NCBI RefSeq assembly: GCF_964204645.1
Contig: NC_134027.1
Span: 2,946,485 to 3,010,484, forward strand
DNA from: Tubulanus polymorphus
Lineage: Eukaryota > Animalia > Nemertea
Reading direction: 5' to 3'
DNA: 64,000 nucleotides
Below the pieces are notes generated by a model. The model saw nothing but the letters and a program-made list of their open reading frames with translations. It was not told the origin of the DNA and searched no databases. The position numbers and the translations under genes are program-made. Of the stretch, positions 26,642 through 39,824 are shown piece by piece; the first letter of the stretch is position 1; the number at the start of each line of letters is the position of its first letter.

Positions 26642-29600
26642 TTACAGATGTTTAAAGAACCAGTGCACAATATTAACAAATGCATCAGCCTCTGTATCGA
26701 CCTTGTTAAGAGGATGGCTATTGTCTGGATATGCTAACAATCTAAAAGAAAGAACAACACATTAGAAACGAGGATACAACAGAAATACTGCTCGAAATCA
26801 ACAGATAATTGTTACCTAGTCTTTACACCACGAGCTTTGAGCGCTCTTATATATTCGTGTCCTTGTTTCGGGGGAACGCGAAGGTCATCCTTTCCCAACA
26901 TGATCATTACAGGTGTTTGAACTTTATCAACGAACTGCATCGGAGAAACGTCCCACATTCTTTTCATAACATCGGGAGTTGGTAAACATTTAAAGTCATA
27001 GTCATGACCTGACTCGCAATATGTCCTACAAAATCATCATCTTGTTTAAATGGAGACTAGATTAAATGGATCATTAACTGCCATAATTTCTGATCAAACC
27101 TACCAATCGGGAATATCAGTGATCGTAGCCATAGCTGTAAAAAGAGTTTGACAAATATTAGGAGCATGGCTTATGGCTTCACGTTAGTGAGCTACTGATA
27201 TTACAGCAGCTTACAGTTAAATAACATGTTATGAATGACTGGCTTATTTGACTGATTTTGAACCCATAATCTATGGAGTTAGTTGTGAGTTAAAAGTCTT
27301 TATAAAGTTCTACTCATTTTGCTATTTTTAGGGTAACTTACTGGATAAGTTGGTGACAGGATTCCGTGCACAAGCTGCTTTATAAAATCCCTGAAAAAAA
27401 AAGATATTTTAACGCTAAAAAATATGAAATCCTGACAGATGTTCAAAAGTATGGAATATGCTAACTCACTGGATATTGACCGATGAGATGACAGGTAAGA
27501 AATCCACCATGAGAACCACCTAAAACACAACACTTATCCTTATCGACAGGATACTTATCGATTACTTCTTCAATAGCTGCCTGAAAGACACAGATGGATT
27601 GAATAAAATAGCTCTGATAATTCAAAATAGACAAAAGTGAACGAATAGTGAACTTACCTGAACATCTTGTACATCTATTGTTCCGATATGATTAGGTAAA
27701 CAATCGATGAAGTCTTGACCATAAGACCAAGATCCACGATAATTTACTGAAACACAATTACTGTGAGTATTTGTCATGGAAGCATTTCAAGAAACTGCGG
27801 AATATGTGTGAAAATGCATGAAATAACTTACCACAAACGATAGTGAAACCACATCTACACAGCCCAGCAATATACAGCATGAAATCACTATGAAATGATG
27901 AATGAGGTCCACCTAGAATATACATTTCATATACCGTCAACCTTGGTTCATCTGTGCCCAGTTTAACCGTATAAGTTCTTAATTTATACACATAGAGTGT
28001 TCCTGTTTATAAGTAACTTTATTCTCTTTTTAAGTTTTGTGTCTAATTCGTACTCCATAATGGGTATCTTCATTTATTCCATAGACAATTAATACGTGGT
28101 CCTACAGTCCAATTTCTATCAGGTCCATCCTGAGTGACACTGATTAACCGAGGTTGACTTTATTAAATTTATAAATGTGAGGCATCAGGTTTCAATAATT
28201 TCACTAGTGTATAGATACTGACCATGGGGGAAAATAATCACAGGAGATGCATTTATATCACTAGCTGTACTATTTCCAGGTCTTATCAGAATGCTTTCAT
28301 AGCTATTTATATTTTCTTAAAAGAAAAATTGAAAACAAAAATTTGCATTACGCGTATTTGAAATGGAAATGATGAATCTTAATTAAAATCAAGTTTTGAT
28401 AGTGAAGAGACCTGAATACTAACTGTAAAGTGGATTCATTCTTTCAGGAGGAACATCGTGTTTAATTACTGACCAATTTACATCATCGAGTACAACAGGT
28501 GGGGATTTATCAAGCTGGTACCATGTTATATTAGATTCTTGACCTTCAGCTGGTAATTTGCCTATAACCTGGTAATAATTAACCAGAATATATATGTACA
28601 AAAAATAAGTTTATCACTACAGTGTTCTCCGCAAGAAGTTGTAGGCAAGAGCGGTAGCCAACTACATTCACCCCTCTGAAAATCAGTTGCCCCTGTAGAC
28701 GAGTTGATCTCAATGTTTCCTGTCAATGTTCTACATGAGAATTTCTTTATATACCAGTAGTAGTGAGTTATTATCAGGGATGACACCAAAATAAAGCTTA
28801 ATATGCAATGTTTCGAAAGCTTTGCATTTGGCATCGATAACGTTACAGTAAAGAATGAATGGAGGCCCTGTAAAATCCCAGCTTATAGAGAACATCGAAG
28901 CCAATCATTGTTTTCTTACCATATGATGTGGACTATTTGGTGAAGAACGGACAGCAAGAATATAATCATCACAAACATCCAGCACACTACATACGCCATA
29001 TTCATCTACAATTTCATCATATATTCTCACATATTTTCAAATAACATCATTTGATTGATTGTATTTTCTGATTTATACATACTGCTTGAGATCTTTGTTA
29101 CTGCCTTCGTTTCTAGATTGATGACCAGTGTAACCTGTCGAATTTAAATTTAGCCGAATAACCACAAATCATAACAGCTGCAGTTAATCGTATAAAATGC
29201 ATTGCTACTTACTATAGAAGTTCGCCAATGTGAAGTTATAACTATTCTCCGACCGTCATTTGCCCAACACCTTTTAGGAAAGCCTTGCGCATGAATACCG
29301 GGAAACTCACCATCTGAAGACAACATAACAACATGTATCATTGATCAAAAAGGTCAAATTCTAAAATCATATTAACATCCATCTTAATTTCTACCTTCAG
29401 ATGAGCGGATTACATCAACAATTATTGAAGTTTTTTCAGTATTCCAGTTATACTGAAACAGAAATCAAATGAAATCATTATCAAATTAACTGCATGTATT
29501 CTGCATACATTGCTAAAACTGCGACGAATGTTTACCTGCATTAAACTACTGCACTGCATGTGCGGCCCTCCAACTTTGTTTTGTAACCATATTAGTTTGT

Positions 29601-31362
29601 TTCCATTCGGTGAAATGGATGGTGCACGCCGAGATGAAGTCTCCTCGTCATCGCATAATGATGCTGAAATTTATAAAAAGCAATTAAAATAGCGTGTACT
29701 AATTTTCAAAACCATTTTTTCCTGGGATCTTCTACTACTTACAGCAGCTTTTTGATTTAATATCGAAGTAAAAGACTGATGATCTGAAGATATGAAGAAT
29801 TCTTTTATTTGTATTAGTTCAATGAACATGAGGATAAGAGTTGAAGAGAAGCGTGAACAGATAGTACTGTGTAGGTTTAACTGATTTTATTTGCAGCGGT
29901 ACACGGAACCACCTATTTTCACATCTATTGTTTGATTGATACAATAGGCTGAATAAGGCTGAAAAACTCACTTTCTTTGTAGACAGTAAATTAAGCCAAG
30001 TCGGTATGGGTCATGACAGTAACCTATAAACACAATTCCATCATCCGTATGACGCCATTTTGGCTGAAAAGTAGAGATTTTTGGTGAAAGATATTAGTGA
30101 ACTTAAGTAAGTGGGTGTATAGGCTTTATAAGGAATCGTATATTTACTGTCGCAGGGGATAAATCCTCTGGTATTCCATCTAACACAGATATCTCTTCAG
30201 TTTCAATATCTAGAATACAGATGACAGGATGATGCAGACCAACAAGCTGTTCACCCCAGTCTTCACGGAATAGATGTTCATCACCCTGAAATAAAACAGT
30301 TGGATTCACAAAGAGAATTAGCCATCAGTCTTATATCAACCTTACGTGACAGATATAGATATAAATACCTTAGCAACATCTTCGGTAGCTTTTCTAGCCT
30401 CTTCCACGGATGTCGTGCTATTCTTTCGATCGAAAAAAGATTGCGTTTTTGTTAACTTTCTTTCTGCTAAGTACATGAGTTTTTCCTCAGAGGGGGACCA
30501 TTCTAGAGTACCAAACGCCCCTAGTGTCATAAACAAAGTTTAGAGTTTTAATCCGAGTCCGAATAATTTTGATATTTTCTGCACATTTCGACGTTTTTAC
30601 TTACCATCAGCTTTGTAGATTTTTCCATGTTTCTCAAAGGCCAGAATATCAATGTTCTTTATCTTAGTACTTTCTGACCATACCTTTGAAGAAACGAATT
30701 GTGTTACATACATTACCATCTAGGTATTCACAAATGTTTAAGCTTCACTTTAAAATCACATTTTCCACAAACCTCGATGAAAAATTTCTCATCTCCTTTT
30801 TTCGGTGTGAATTTACGGACAACAGCTCTATATTTTCCAGATGGTGAGATCTTATTGTACAATCTAAAGAGAAAACAACTTCCCAATTAAGTTTCTTTCT
30901 GAAATTAAATTTAATAGTATAACCTCGGGTACGTTGATAAGCTTTCATACTCATTTTGTATTTCTTGTGGTGGTGTCACAATAAGCGGTTTTATTTTCTC
31001 TTGCTCAGTTTCTAGGATGTAATGTTTTGTAAATTTAATTTTCTCAACTCGTTCTATATCTCTCTCAGTCCATTCTGTATATACATGTACATTCTTATCT
31101 TGGATATTGTACAATGAACCTTCAGTCGGAGTGGGATATTTAGCCAAATCCCGGTATATGTTTACAACCTCTTCAACCTGCAAGAAATTTTAGGCAAAGA
31201 TACTATCAATCTTAAAAATGGACAAATTCATTTTTATGAATGAATAGACAATAAAATTTGAATGCCGGCGCACATCACTGTATGACTTGTTGTTGACCTA
31301 CTGCGGAGAGTGTAAAAACTCACCATTTTTTCTCTGACATTCACAGATGAACTAGACATCAT
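26642..31362 (-). CDS. APEH: Acylamino-acid-releasing enzyme (acylpeptide hydrolase, S9C), copy 1
   Basis: [25 protein letters not shown], nucleophile GGSHGG (about 27505-27520), [14 protein letters not shown] (Asp), NSHPL (His). Many short introns. Confidence 0.95.
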
Positions 31363-31453
31363 TGTAGCGAAATGACAAAACATGAGACCTAACACTGAAA
31401 ATGTCACCAGATCGTGAACCGAACCCAATAGATAAGATCAACACCGATCAAAG
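31363..31453. promoter_or_regulatory. Compact bidirectional promoter region between APEH-1 and MRPL42
   Basis: Divergent start codons about 91 bp apart. A YY1-type AAGATGGCGGC overlaps the MRPL42 ATG. Confidence 0.65.
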
Positions 31454-32481
31454 ATGGCGGCGCCCATGATGAGAACAGCGACTTCGAAATTACGAACAAT
31501 TTTGCCTCAAACGCTGTCTGTTTGTAATCGTAAGTTATATATTAAGTTACACATGATGAATCATATTAAACTTTATACAATCAAATGGTTTTTACTTAAC
31601 ATATACTCTTGCTTTATGCTTTAAACGAGTTTTTTGCGTTGTAATTGCTAGTTTTCCTAAGTAGGTGGCAGCACTTGACGGTGTTATGTGCAGCGCAACG
31701 TTACTGCTCTGTGCATGTACAGTGTACATGTCCATATTTATTATTTTTCAGGATTTAGCCAGTCGAAATTTTACTTGGGGGCACCCGTTGACAAAACCTT
31801 TCCGTACGTATCTGTCTAAATGACAATCTCGGATACTTATTGTATCGCCTGCTGTTTACATACCATTCTCATATACATTTGTTTTATTAGAAACCCTGCG
31901 ATAGTTTTATCCAAAGATGGGGCGACTGTCGTGTGCTGGCACCCAGAGGAAGAATTCCCTTATGAATTAACCAAGGTAGATGTAATTATCATCCCTCATT
32001 TTCTCGGTTCATAACCTAGCCCTTGACGGTTAACTATTATTACATTTGTACATTTTAGCAAGTACTGTTACGAGATAACTTATGCATTGATCTTTTTATT
32101 TCAGCCATTACCAAGATCTGTTCCAGAAATGGAGGAGGTTTGTAGAATTAAAACGAGATATTTCCTTATTTTGATCAGAATTTCAACGATTGAACCAGAT
32201 GTATATTTTTCTATTTAGGGCGATTCCTTGTTGAAAGTTCAATATCTTGAGAAAGACAAATTCGAAGGTAAACCCATGGAAGTAGTAAATAGAGAGCTTG
32301 CTGAAATGTTTTATACTTCACGTCATCCATGGGACATAAAGTGAGTTTATTTGATAGACCTTATCCAAAAATGACGATTTGAAATCGTATCAATGGATAT
32401 TATGACGATACTTTCTTACTTTTTAGGCCACAAAAGAAGAGAATAAAGCCTAACCCACCAAAAGATCGTGAGAGCATCTAG
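31454..32481 (+). CDS. MRPL42: Mitochondrial ribosomal protein L42 (mL42/MRP-S32), about 6 small exons
   Basis: MAAPMMR start; IVLSKDGATVVCWHPEEEFPYELTK|PLPR; ELAEMFYTSRHPW; PNPPKDR. These match the mL42 motifs TIVCYHP...PYEHTKPIPR and LSKMFFTTKHRW...NPPKDR. Confidence 0.9.
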
Positions 32482-32792
32482 TCTTTAATTGATTTGTGTT
32501 TCATTGTTATTTTGTAAATAAATAGTGTACGTCAACAGAAATATAAGGTTTTCATTTGGTTGTTAGTAAGTCACGGCGTACTTTCTTGAAGAAAATGATT
32601 CTGTATATTTGGGATACATCTAGTTTCTTTACATACTCATATGACTGCGAAAAATTGCATAAAACAAAAACAATTCTTTCCAAAAATATTTTATTTGATA
32701 GAAACATTAAAACAAAAAATCAAGAACATGAATAGATAATAAAAAATCACATCCAATGTCAAAAAAATGTTGCAAATTCTATGAAGTAGATT

Positions 32793-35700
32793 TCAACTTT
32801 GTGCACAATATTCCGAGCTGCTGTCGTTATCCATGTGTTGTTTGAACCAGTTGATTAGATTTATGAACCAGTCGGCTTCAACGTCAATTTTCATCAGCGG
32901 ATGAGCGTCTTCATAATAGTGCAGTCTGGATATGTAATATGCAAAGAAGACGGAAAATATATATAACAAGAATTGATTTATATCCGAGCAAGAGCATAGC
33001 CAGTATCTTACACTGAAACCCCGATCCTTCACTTTTTTGGCAAAGTTATTTTCAAAACGCACTAATCCACAAACTAGCTGGACGAGTTCAGGAGTCTAAA
33101 TCAATCACATAATTATATCAAATCTTGATTTTATTGCGTTTAAAAGTGATAATAAATTGATATCGTGGGATATACACGTTCACATTTTCGTGACAATTTT
33201 TGAAATCCTAAGCTAACGCCCCTGTTCTTCATTAATTGATTTATCACATAGCTTACCTGGTCTCGGCTCCTCTGGCTTTCAGGGCGCGGAAATAAGCAAG
33301 ACCCTGACTAGGAGGCACTCGCTCGTCGTATTTACCAATGAAGAATATCGTGGGCGTTTTAACTCGGTCGACGTATTGCATCGGAGATAGAGACCACATT
33401 CTACTCATCATGTCGTCTGTCACTAACATTTTGTAATCAAAATCGTATCCGCATTCGTACAATGCCCTATTAATGTAAACAGCGACAATCAATAATCAAA
33501 TCCACTTGTCCAAAATAATGGACATCTTAATTACTATATGGTATAATGTGTTTTATCAAACAGTCTTGGGGTTGTATTAATGCTTAACAATCTATGTTTG
33601 AAAATGTAGATTCTGAAAATGTCCTCACCAACAAATTAACACAATACGCATTGGATATTACCAGGCATGAGGAAGAAAACCTATCCGTGCATAAATATGT
33701 ATATATATTGCCAAATAACGGTGTCTACTTTGCCTTTTCATCCATGTAACTATGTAATTTTAATATCAATCAGAATCATTCAATAAGGTAGTTCTCAGAT
33801 TCTTTGTTGTTCTACAAAAAATTACATTTTCGCTCAGAACAAAACAAAACAAATACATACAAATACCAAATAAACGCCTCACTCGAAAGTTAGCACACAG
33901 ACTAAGATATCATAATAAATACGATTCACACCCAAGGTCGTGTTGGGTTAGGGTTTCTAATAATCTTACAAGTACACGTTAGGGACAGACAAACATATCG
34001 AAATATTATTAGTATTTGTATTATTTGTACATGTAGACAGAAATGGTTGCGCATATTTTAGAGCATCTGACAACACGTGCACAAGAACATAACACTGAGA
34101 TATTATGATAAATAAACTTGAATATTTTCAAAAAGGCTACATTTACCAATCAGGAATATCTGAAGCTTTAGTAAATGCTGAAATGATTTAAGAAATTTAG
34201 TTGATTGAATTAATAGAGCAATTTGATTAATAAATTCATTGATTCATTCAAAGCCATACAGGGCACTTACTCGCGAGATTGGTTGAAGGATTCCTCATAC
34301 TAGCGGCCTTGTAGAAATCCTTAAAATGAAATTTTGAAAAAATTCACGTCAGTACAAAATAGAATGAAATAAAGTTTTACGTGAATTTGAAAACAGAATT
34401 GTTTCACCAACCGGATATTGTCCAATAACTTGCAATGCTAAGGTACCACCATAAGAACCTCCAAACACAAAACAGTTAGTTCCATCTACGGGATATTTGC
34501 CAATAACCTCATTAATTGCACTCTGTTAAAAATACATTTGTATATAAATTAATACGCGTGAAATTATATTACTGGTAAGTATGATACTTACATTTAGGAA
34601 TTCATTTACCTGTATATCTTCCACATCCATTGTTCCTATTTTGGTTCTGGTACATTCAATTGAATCTTGTCCATAGCCCCACGAACCACGATAGTTGACT
34701 GGAATAAAGCAGACAAATGTCTAGGTTCAAAAATGCTTGTTGTTGCTATCGATATTGTTCTTCGCAAATATTATTTCTTACCACATAAAACTGTGAACCC
34801 AGCCTTGCAGAGACCAGCGAAAATTAAGGTGAAACCAGAATTAGCAACAATATGAGGACCGCCTAAAACATGAGTAAACTTGCGTGATTTGAAAGAAAGA
34901 TGTATGGCGTGCTAGTGAGGACGAAGCTGTACTGACCATGGATATAGACAGCTACAGGGGATTTCTTAAGTTCAATTTTCGATGAATTTGGTTGTATAAG
35001 AATACTATGGAAATGATCTAACTGAGCTGAAATGAGATATAACAAGTTAGCGTATAACAAGTATATTATCAATGAGCACAAAGTCGGTAAAAAAAGCCAG
35101 TACCAATGGACGTTACTTACGATATTCAGGATGTATTCTTTCAGGAGGTATATCGTGTTTAATTACTGACCAATTGACATCATTAAATACAACGGGTGAT
35201 GTTCTATCAAGCTGGTGCCATGTTATACTTGATTCTTCCCCTTCGGCTGGTAATTTTCCCATTACCTATAAACATGATTTCATTTGTCCGAATAAAAACT
35301 AACAAGAACCGATTTGGTAATCGAATTTTCAGGGGAAATTGCGGTCATCTTGTTTTTCTTACAAGGTAATAAGGGGTATCGATAGATGCACAAGCCACCA
35401 GTACATAATCGTCTAACACGTCAAGAACAAACCAAGCGCCTTCACATTCTGAAATAATGGTAAAACGTAAAACGTAGATATATCTGGTGTTTCATTGATA
35501 ACTTTAAGCAGGTAGTTAATAACCTGTCTACGAGGTAACCACTAACCTTTAGATATTCTTGTAACCGATTTCGTTCTAAGATTTATGACTGCAGACTCCT
35601 GAAAAAATCACGAAAACATTAGCGTCCAAATTGAGTAAAACATCGATGATTAAAGAATAAAGACATATGATCGATAGCCTTACAATTCTGTTTCGCCATT

Positions 35701-38700
35701 GTGATGTAAGTATAACTCTGTTGCTATCATTTGACCAATATCTTCTACATAGTCCTGTAGCATACAGGTAAATTCCAGGAAATTCATGATCTAGAAGATC
35801 AGAAACCGTATGTATACATATATATGTTCGTCAGCATATCAGAAGCTATTAGCGAAAGTGAATTTGACTCTACCTTTTGGCGACTGGACAATATCTACAA
35901 CAGTAGAAATCTCTTTGGTTTCCCAGTCACACTATAAGTATACCAATACAATATCTTGGACATGATTGTATACGTTTAAAGTTAAGAATGGATGATAGAA
36001 ACAAAAGAAATCAACATATAGGCTTAGGCCTAAACGCGGTACGAGGATTCTTCTCAGTAAAACATACCATTTTCTGCAATAGAAAAGACAAAAAACATCA
36101 AAGTAAAAAATTCCTCATTTTTTTCAACAGATTTTGATGATTCCGTGGATTTTGTATTGGCATACTTGTATACGTACCAAGACCACACTGCCAGAATGTA
36201 TTTTTGCGCCATCGAGAGGATGTTGTAGCCACGTGATTTTCTTTCCATCGGGACTTGTAGAAACTTCTTGACATGCATAAGTTTCGCCCCGAGACAGCAT
36301 GGCTGAGATTTTTGAATAATAATTACATAGTATAATTGAATAATGTATATAATTATCAGGTAATAATGTATATCATTATGAAAGTTTGCTTACTACATTG
36401 TGATGATTTCATATCCACGTAAAATATCGATGATCTGTAACAAATAATATCAAACTACTAGAAAATTACGAACAATCGTGAGAAAATTGTCATTGCAGCC
36501 GAGAGCGACTTACTTCCTCTGTCTTGTATATAAAAGTCCAAGGCGATACGGATCATGGAAATACCCAGTGAAAACAATACCTTCATTACCTCGAAACCAT
36601 CGTGGCTACAAATGAATAAATGTGCCATCTTTTGTTGGTTTTTCTTGTAAATATCAAATCAGATTTTACGTTACTTATACGTATACGTTACCTTAGCTGG
36701 GGACACATTATCTGGTACTTGATCTATTACAGATATCTCCTGTGTTTCGATATAAAAAATGCATATGACTGAATGATGATACTCGGAGAATTGATCACCC
36801 CAGCCTTCTTTGAATAAGGTTTTATCGCCCTAAAATTGAAAGGATGAAAATCTAGATGAGAAGAAATACTTCATGGTAAAATTTCAAACGTATTATACTC
36901 GTAACTGACCTTGCCAACATCCGAACCGGCATTCGTCTTATCGAAAAAAGACCGTGATTCATTCTTTTTCTCAGCAAGATACATAAGCTTTTTATCACAT
37001 GATGACCATTCAAATACACCGAATGAACCTTAATGAATATTTCTCTTTCACAACTATTCGCAATTTAATGAATATTGGTGAACGGACAATATCTTAAACC
37101 TAACATTGATGTAGATTCATCTTAAACTTACTGTCGTTTGAATAGATCTTCCCATGTTTCCCACATGCTTCCAGGTCTATATTCTGTAATTTCAATTTCT
37201 CTGACCACACCTAGATTTAAACATGGGTCATTTCTAATGGATTAAAAATCTTGGGTGATCTATAATGCCAAAGAAGCGGACATAGGTAATTATCTTCATA
37301 GGATATTTGGAAAATGCCCATGTTTCCATTGAATTATATATAAATTGAATACCTCCTTAATTCTATGCTTACTTCGATAAAATGCTTCGTTTCTCCCGAT
37401 TTTGATTTCAGCTTACGAACTATTGCACGCAATGTTCCTGACGTAGATAATCTACTGTAAAGCCTGCAATAACCGAATGACAGATGTAGGCCTACGTGTA
37501 TGGGCGGCCATTCCCGCCAAAAATCAGCGTTTCGTCTATTTGTCTGTACTTTGTCAAAATGTCATAGTACACCGCCAAAATGTGTAAGCGTAACGTCAAA
37601 TTGTGTAATGCGGCTAAATAACACAGGCGGCGACACTGTACGGACAGTATTTCGCGGTATTTTTCTCGCTTTGCGATCATCTCAAGGTCGTCTCATTGAA
37701 ATAATTTTGCGAGTATCAAATCGACAAATCGTATCGTATTCAAGGAAATGTATAAGTAACTCGTAAAACGTAAATCGTAACTCGTAAAACGTAACTCGTA
37801 AAACGTAAATCGTAAAACGTAACTCGTATGGCCCTTCCATATCATAACGAGCGTTTGTTATCTTTCATCATTAAAACCCGAGCAGATTCATCGAGAGTCG
37901 AGCACAGGGGCTCGTTACGATAGCTGGGGGTCCAAAATCAAAGATTTGACCCAGTATCCTAGGTACCACCTATAAAAAAAGAATTTTTTTCTTTTTTTAT
38001 AGGTGGTACCTAGGATACTGGGTCAAATCTTTGATTTTGGACCCCCAGCTATCGTAACGAGCCCCTGTGGAGTCGAGAGTCACCGGTTATTCGGAGTCAC
38101 CCTTTTCTCTAGCCCGAGCACAGAAAATCCGAGCTACCTACCAGAGGAGGAACGGAAGCGCCCTTCAACATACCATGGCATTGTCATTGATCGCTGGTTA
38201 TTCAGTGTCGTCTAAGCCTGAGACGCGGGTCTTTGATAGAGCATCGTGTTTACATTCGACGTTTCGGTATCGCAGGCTCTTTTCATTAGACGAACTCATG
38301 AACTTGAGAACTCAGGAAGTTATGAACTCGGAACTCATGAACTCAAGATGTCGTCTCAGGGCTTCCATAGGTTTACGGCAAAGTATTTACTTCCGCTATT
38401 TTACCGTACATTATTATTATATATTATAGTATTAACTAACTAAAGTAACAATAAAATCATTTTATTGGGTTTAGGTAATATGATACGATTTGTCGATTTG
38501 ATACGAGCAAAATTATTTCAATAAAACGACCTTGATATGATCGCAATGCGAGAAAAATACCGCAAAATACTGTCCGTACAGTGTCGCCCCCCTCAGGCTG
38601 CTTGATTCGACGATTCGGAGTACTCCGAATATTACTCTGGAGCACACCGGAAACAAGCGGTATCCGTGTTATCAGAGTAACAAATATGGTGGACAAGGCG

Positions 38701-39824
38701 GTATTATTTCGATCGTTCATCCCATTATTGTTGGAAGAATGTATGGAGGAAGCCTTCTACACGGAAGTTAATGGCCACTGCTAGGAGGAATAGAATTGCT
38801 GATAATTTCATGAAACAAACAACTAGAAGTTAATGATAAATAAAAACTTATTTATTGCAACTTGAATAAAATTTAACAAAAATAAAATAAAATTACAAAA
38901 ACTCGTTGTTACAAAAAAGTTGTTACTGAAAATATTTTTCATGTAAAAAAAGCAGCTTATCCGATTTTTAATTCTTTGATTTAATTCTTCTTCAAGTCCT
39001 TAAACAGGTCCAAGAAGCCCTTCATAACGGTCATTCTGTCATTATGCATACGTTCCTGTTGGGCCCTAGCAGAATCCTACCATTCCCTTTGTTCGGCCAG
39101 TAACGCCATCTTGCGGTACACCTATCACACCGTTGATTTTCTCTGGGTAGCAGTGGAGAGTCCGGAGTAGTGCTCCCGCCTACTTGATTCACTAGTGTAT
39201 TACTTGGTGTACTCCGGGTAACGAATCAAGCACCCTGCCGCATTACACAATTTGACGTTACGCTAACACATTTTGGCGGTGTACTATAACATTTTGTCAA
39301 AGTACAGACAAATAGACGAAACGCTGATTTTTGGCGGGAATGGCCGCCCATATACGTGCGTTTATCGTAGAATCACATCATATGTTAGGGATTGGAATAC
39401 ACGCATATCACGCGTATGATAAGCTTGAATGTTTTAACGTTCGTCTCGGAATATGCTTTCCGGGTCTCAAGTGGATTATACATATGTTGATAGAACAAAA
39501 AGAAAATCTTACTCATTTTGTATTTCTTGTGGTGGTGTCACAATAAGCGGTTTTATTTTCTCTTGCTCAGTTTCTAGGATGTAATGTTTTGTAAATTTAA
39601 TTTTCTCAACTCGTTCTATATCTCTCTCAGTCCATTCTGTGTATACATGAACATTCTTATCTTGGATATTGTACAATGAACCTTCAGTCGGAGTGGGATA
39701 TTTAGCCAAATCCCGGTATATGTTTACCACCTCTTCAACCTATAGAGTATAATACCGGTAAAACCACCAAAAAAAATGTAAAGCCTGTGACACGATCAAT
39801 AATAATATAAATGTAACTCACCAT
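32793..39824 (-). CDS. APEH: Acylamino-acid-releasing enzyme paralog, copy 2 (divergent)
   Basis: Same exon series as copy 1: IHGGPH, GGSYGG (about 34447-34462), MRNPS, YDERVPPSQG, DAHPL. First coding exon is probably ATG only at 39822-39824, followed by GTGAGT. Confidence 0.9.
37757..37828. repeat. 7-bp tandem repeat (CGTAAAA/CGTAACT/CGTAAAT) inside the transposon
   Basis: About 10 units visible. A second short array of GAACTCAT-like 8-mers lies at about 38292-38346. Confidence 0.8.
37903..38069. mobile_element. 167-bp palindromic MITE with 8-bp TSD (hAT/P/Zisupton-like)
   Basis: CACAGGGGCTCG...CGAGCCCCTGTG with arms of about 80 bp that are fully complementary by eye around a short T loop. 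GAGTCGAG on both sides (37895-37902, 38070-38077). Confidence 0.92.
38595..39236. mobile_element. Internally deleted PIF/Harbinger-like element nested in the right TIR of the outer transposon
   Basis: TIRs AGGCTGCTTGATTCG / CGAATCAAGCACCCT. Convergent ORF ends: + MATARRNRIADNFMKQTTRS* (38771-38833) and - ARAQQERMHNDRMTVMKGFLDLFKDLKKN* (39070-38981), separated by AATAAA-rich DNA, as for the Harbinger transposase and Myb/SANT ORFs. Confidence 0.65.

Larger units (their letters stand above)
37499..39352. mobile_element. Non-autonomous DNA transposon with long TIRs in an intron of APEH copy 2
   Basis: TIR TATGGGCGGCCATTCCCGCCAAAAATCAGCG... at 37499-37614 and 39237-39352, continuing as 37626-37740 versus about 38478-38592. 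TACGTG flanks both sides (37493-37498, 39353-39358). Confidence 0.88.

Noticed and set aside
36068-36073. 6-nt microexon (ttgcag|AAAATG|gtatgt) in APEH copy 2
   Set aside because: The splice signals look good, but the paralogs align without a gap when it is skipped. Not supportable without RNA reads.
37492-38784. ORFs 37500-37766 and 38457-38720 sharing GGDTVRTVF..GIFLALRS
   Set aside because: They are translations of the two inverted TIR arms, not genes.
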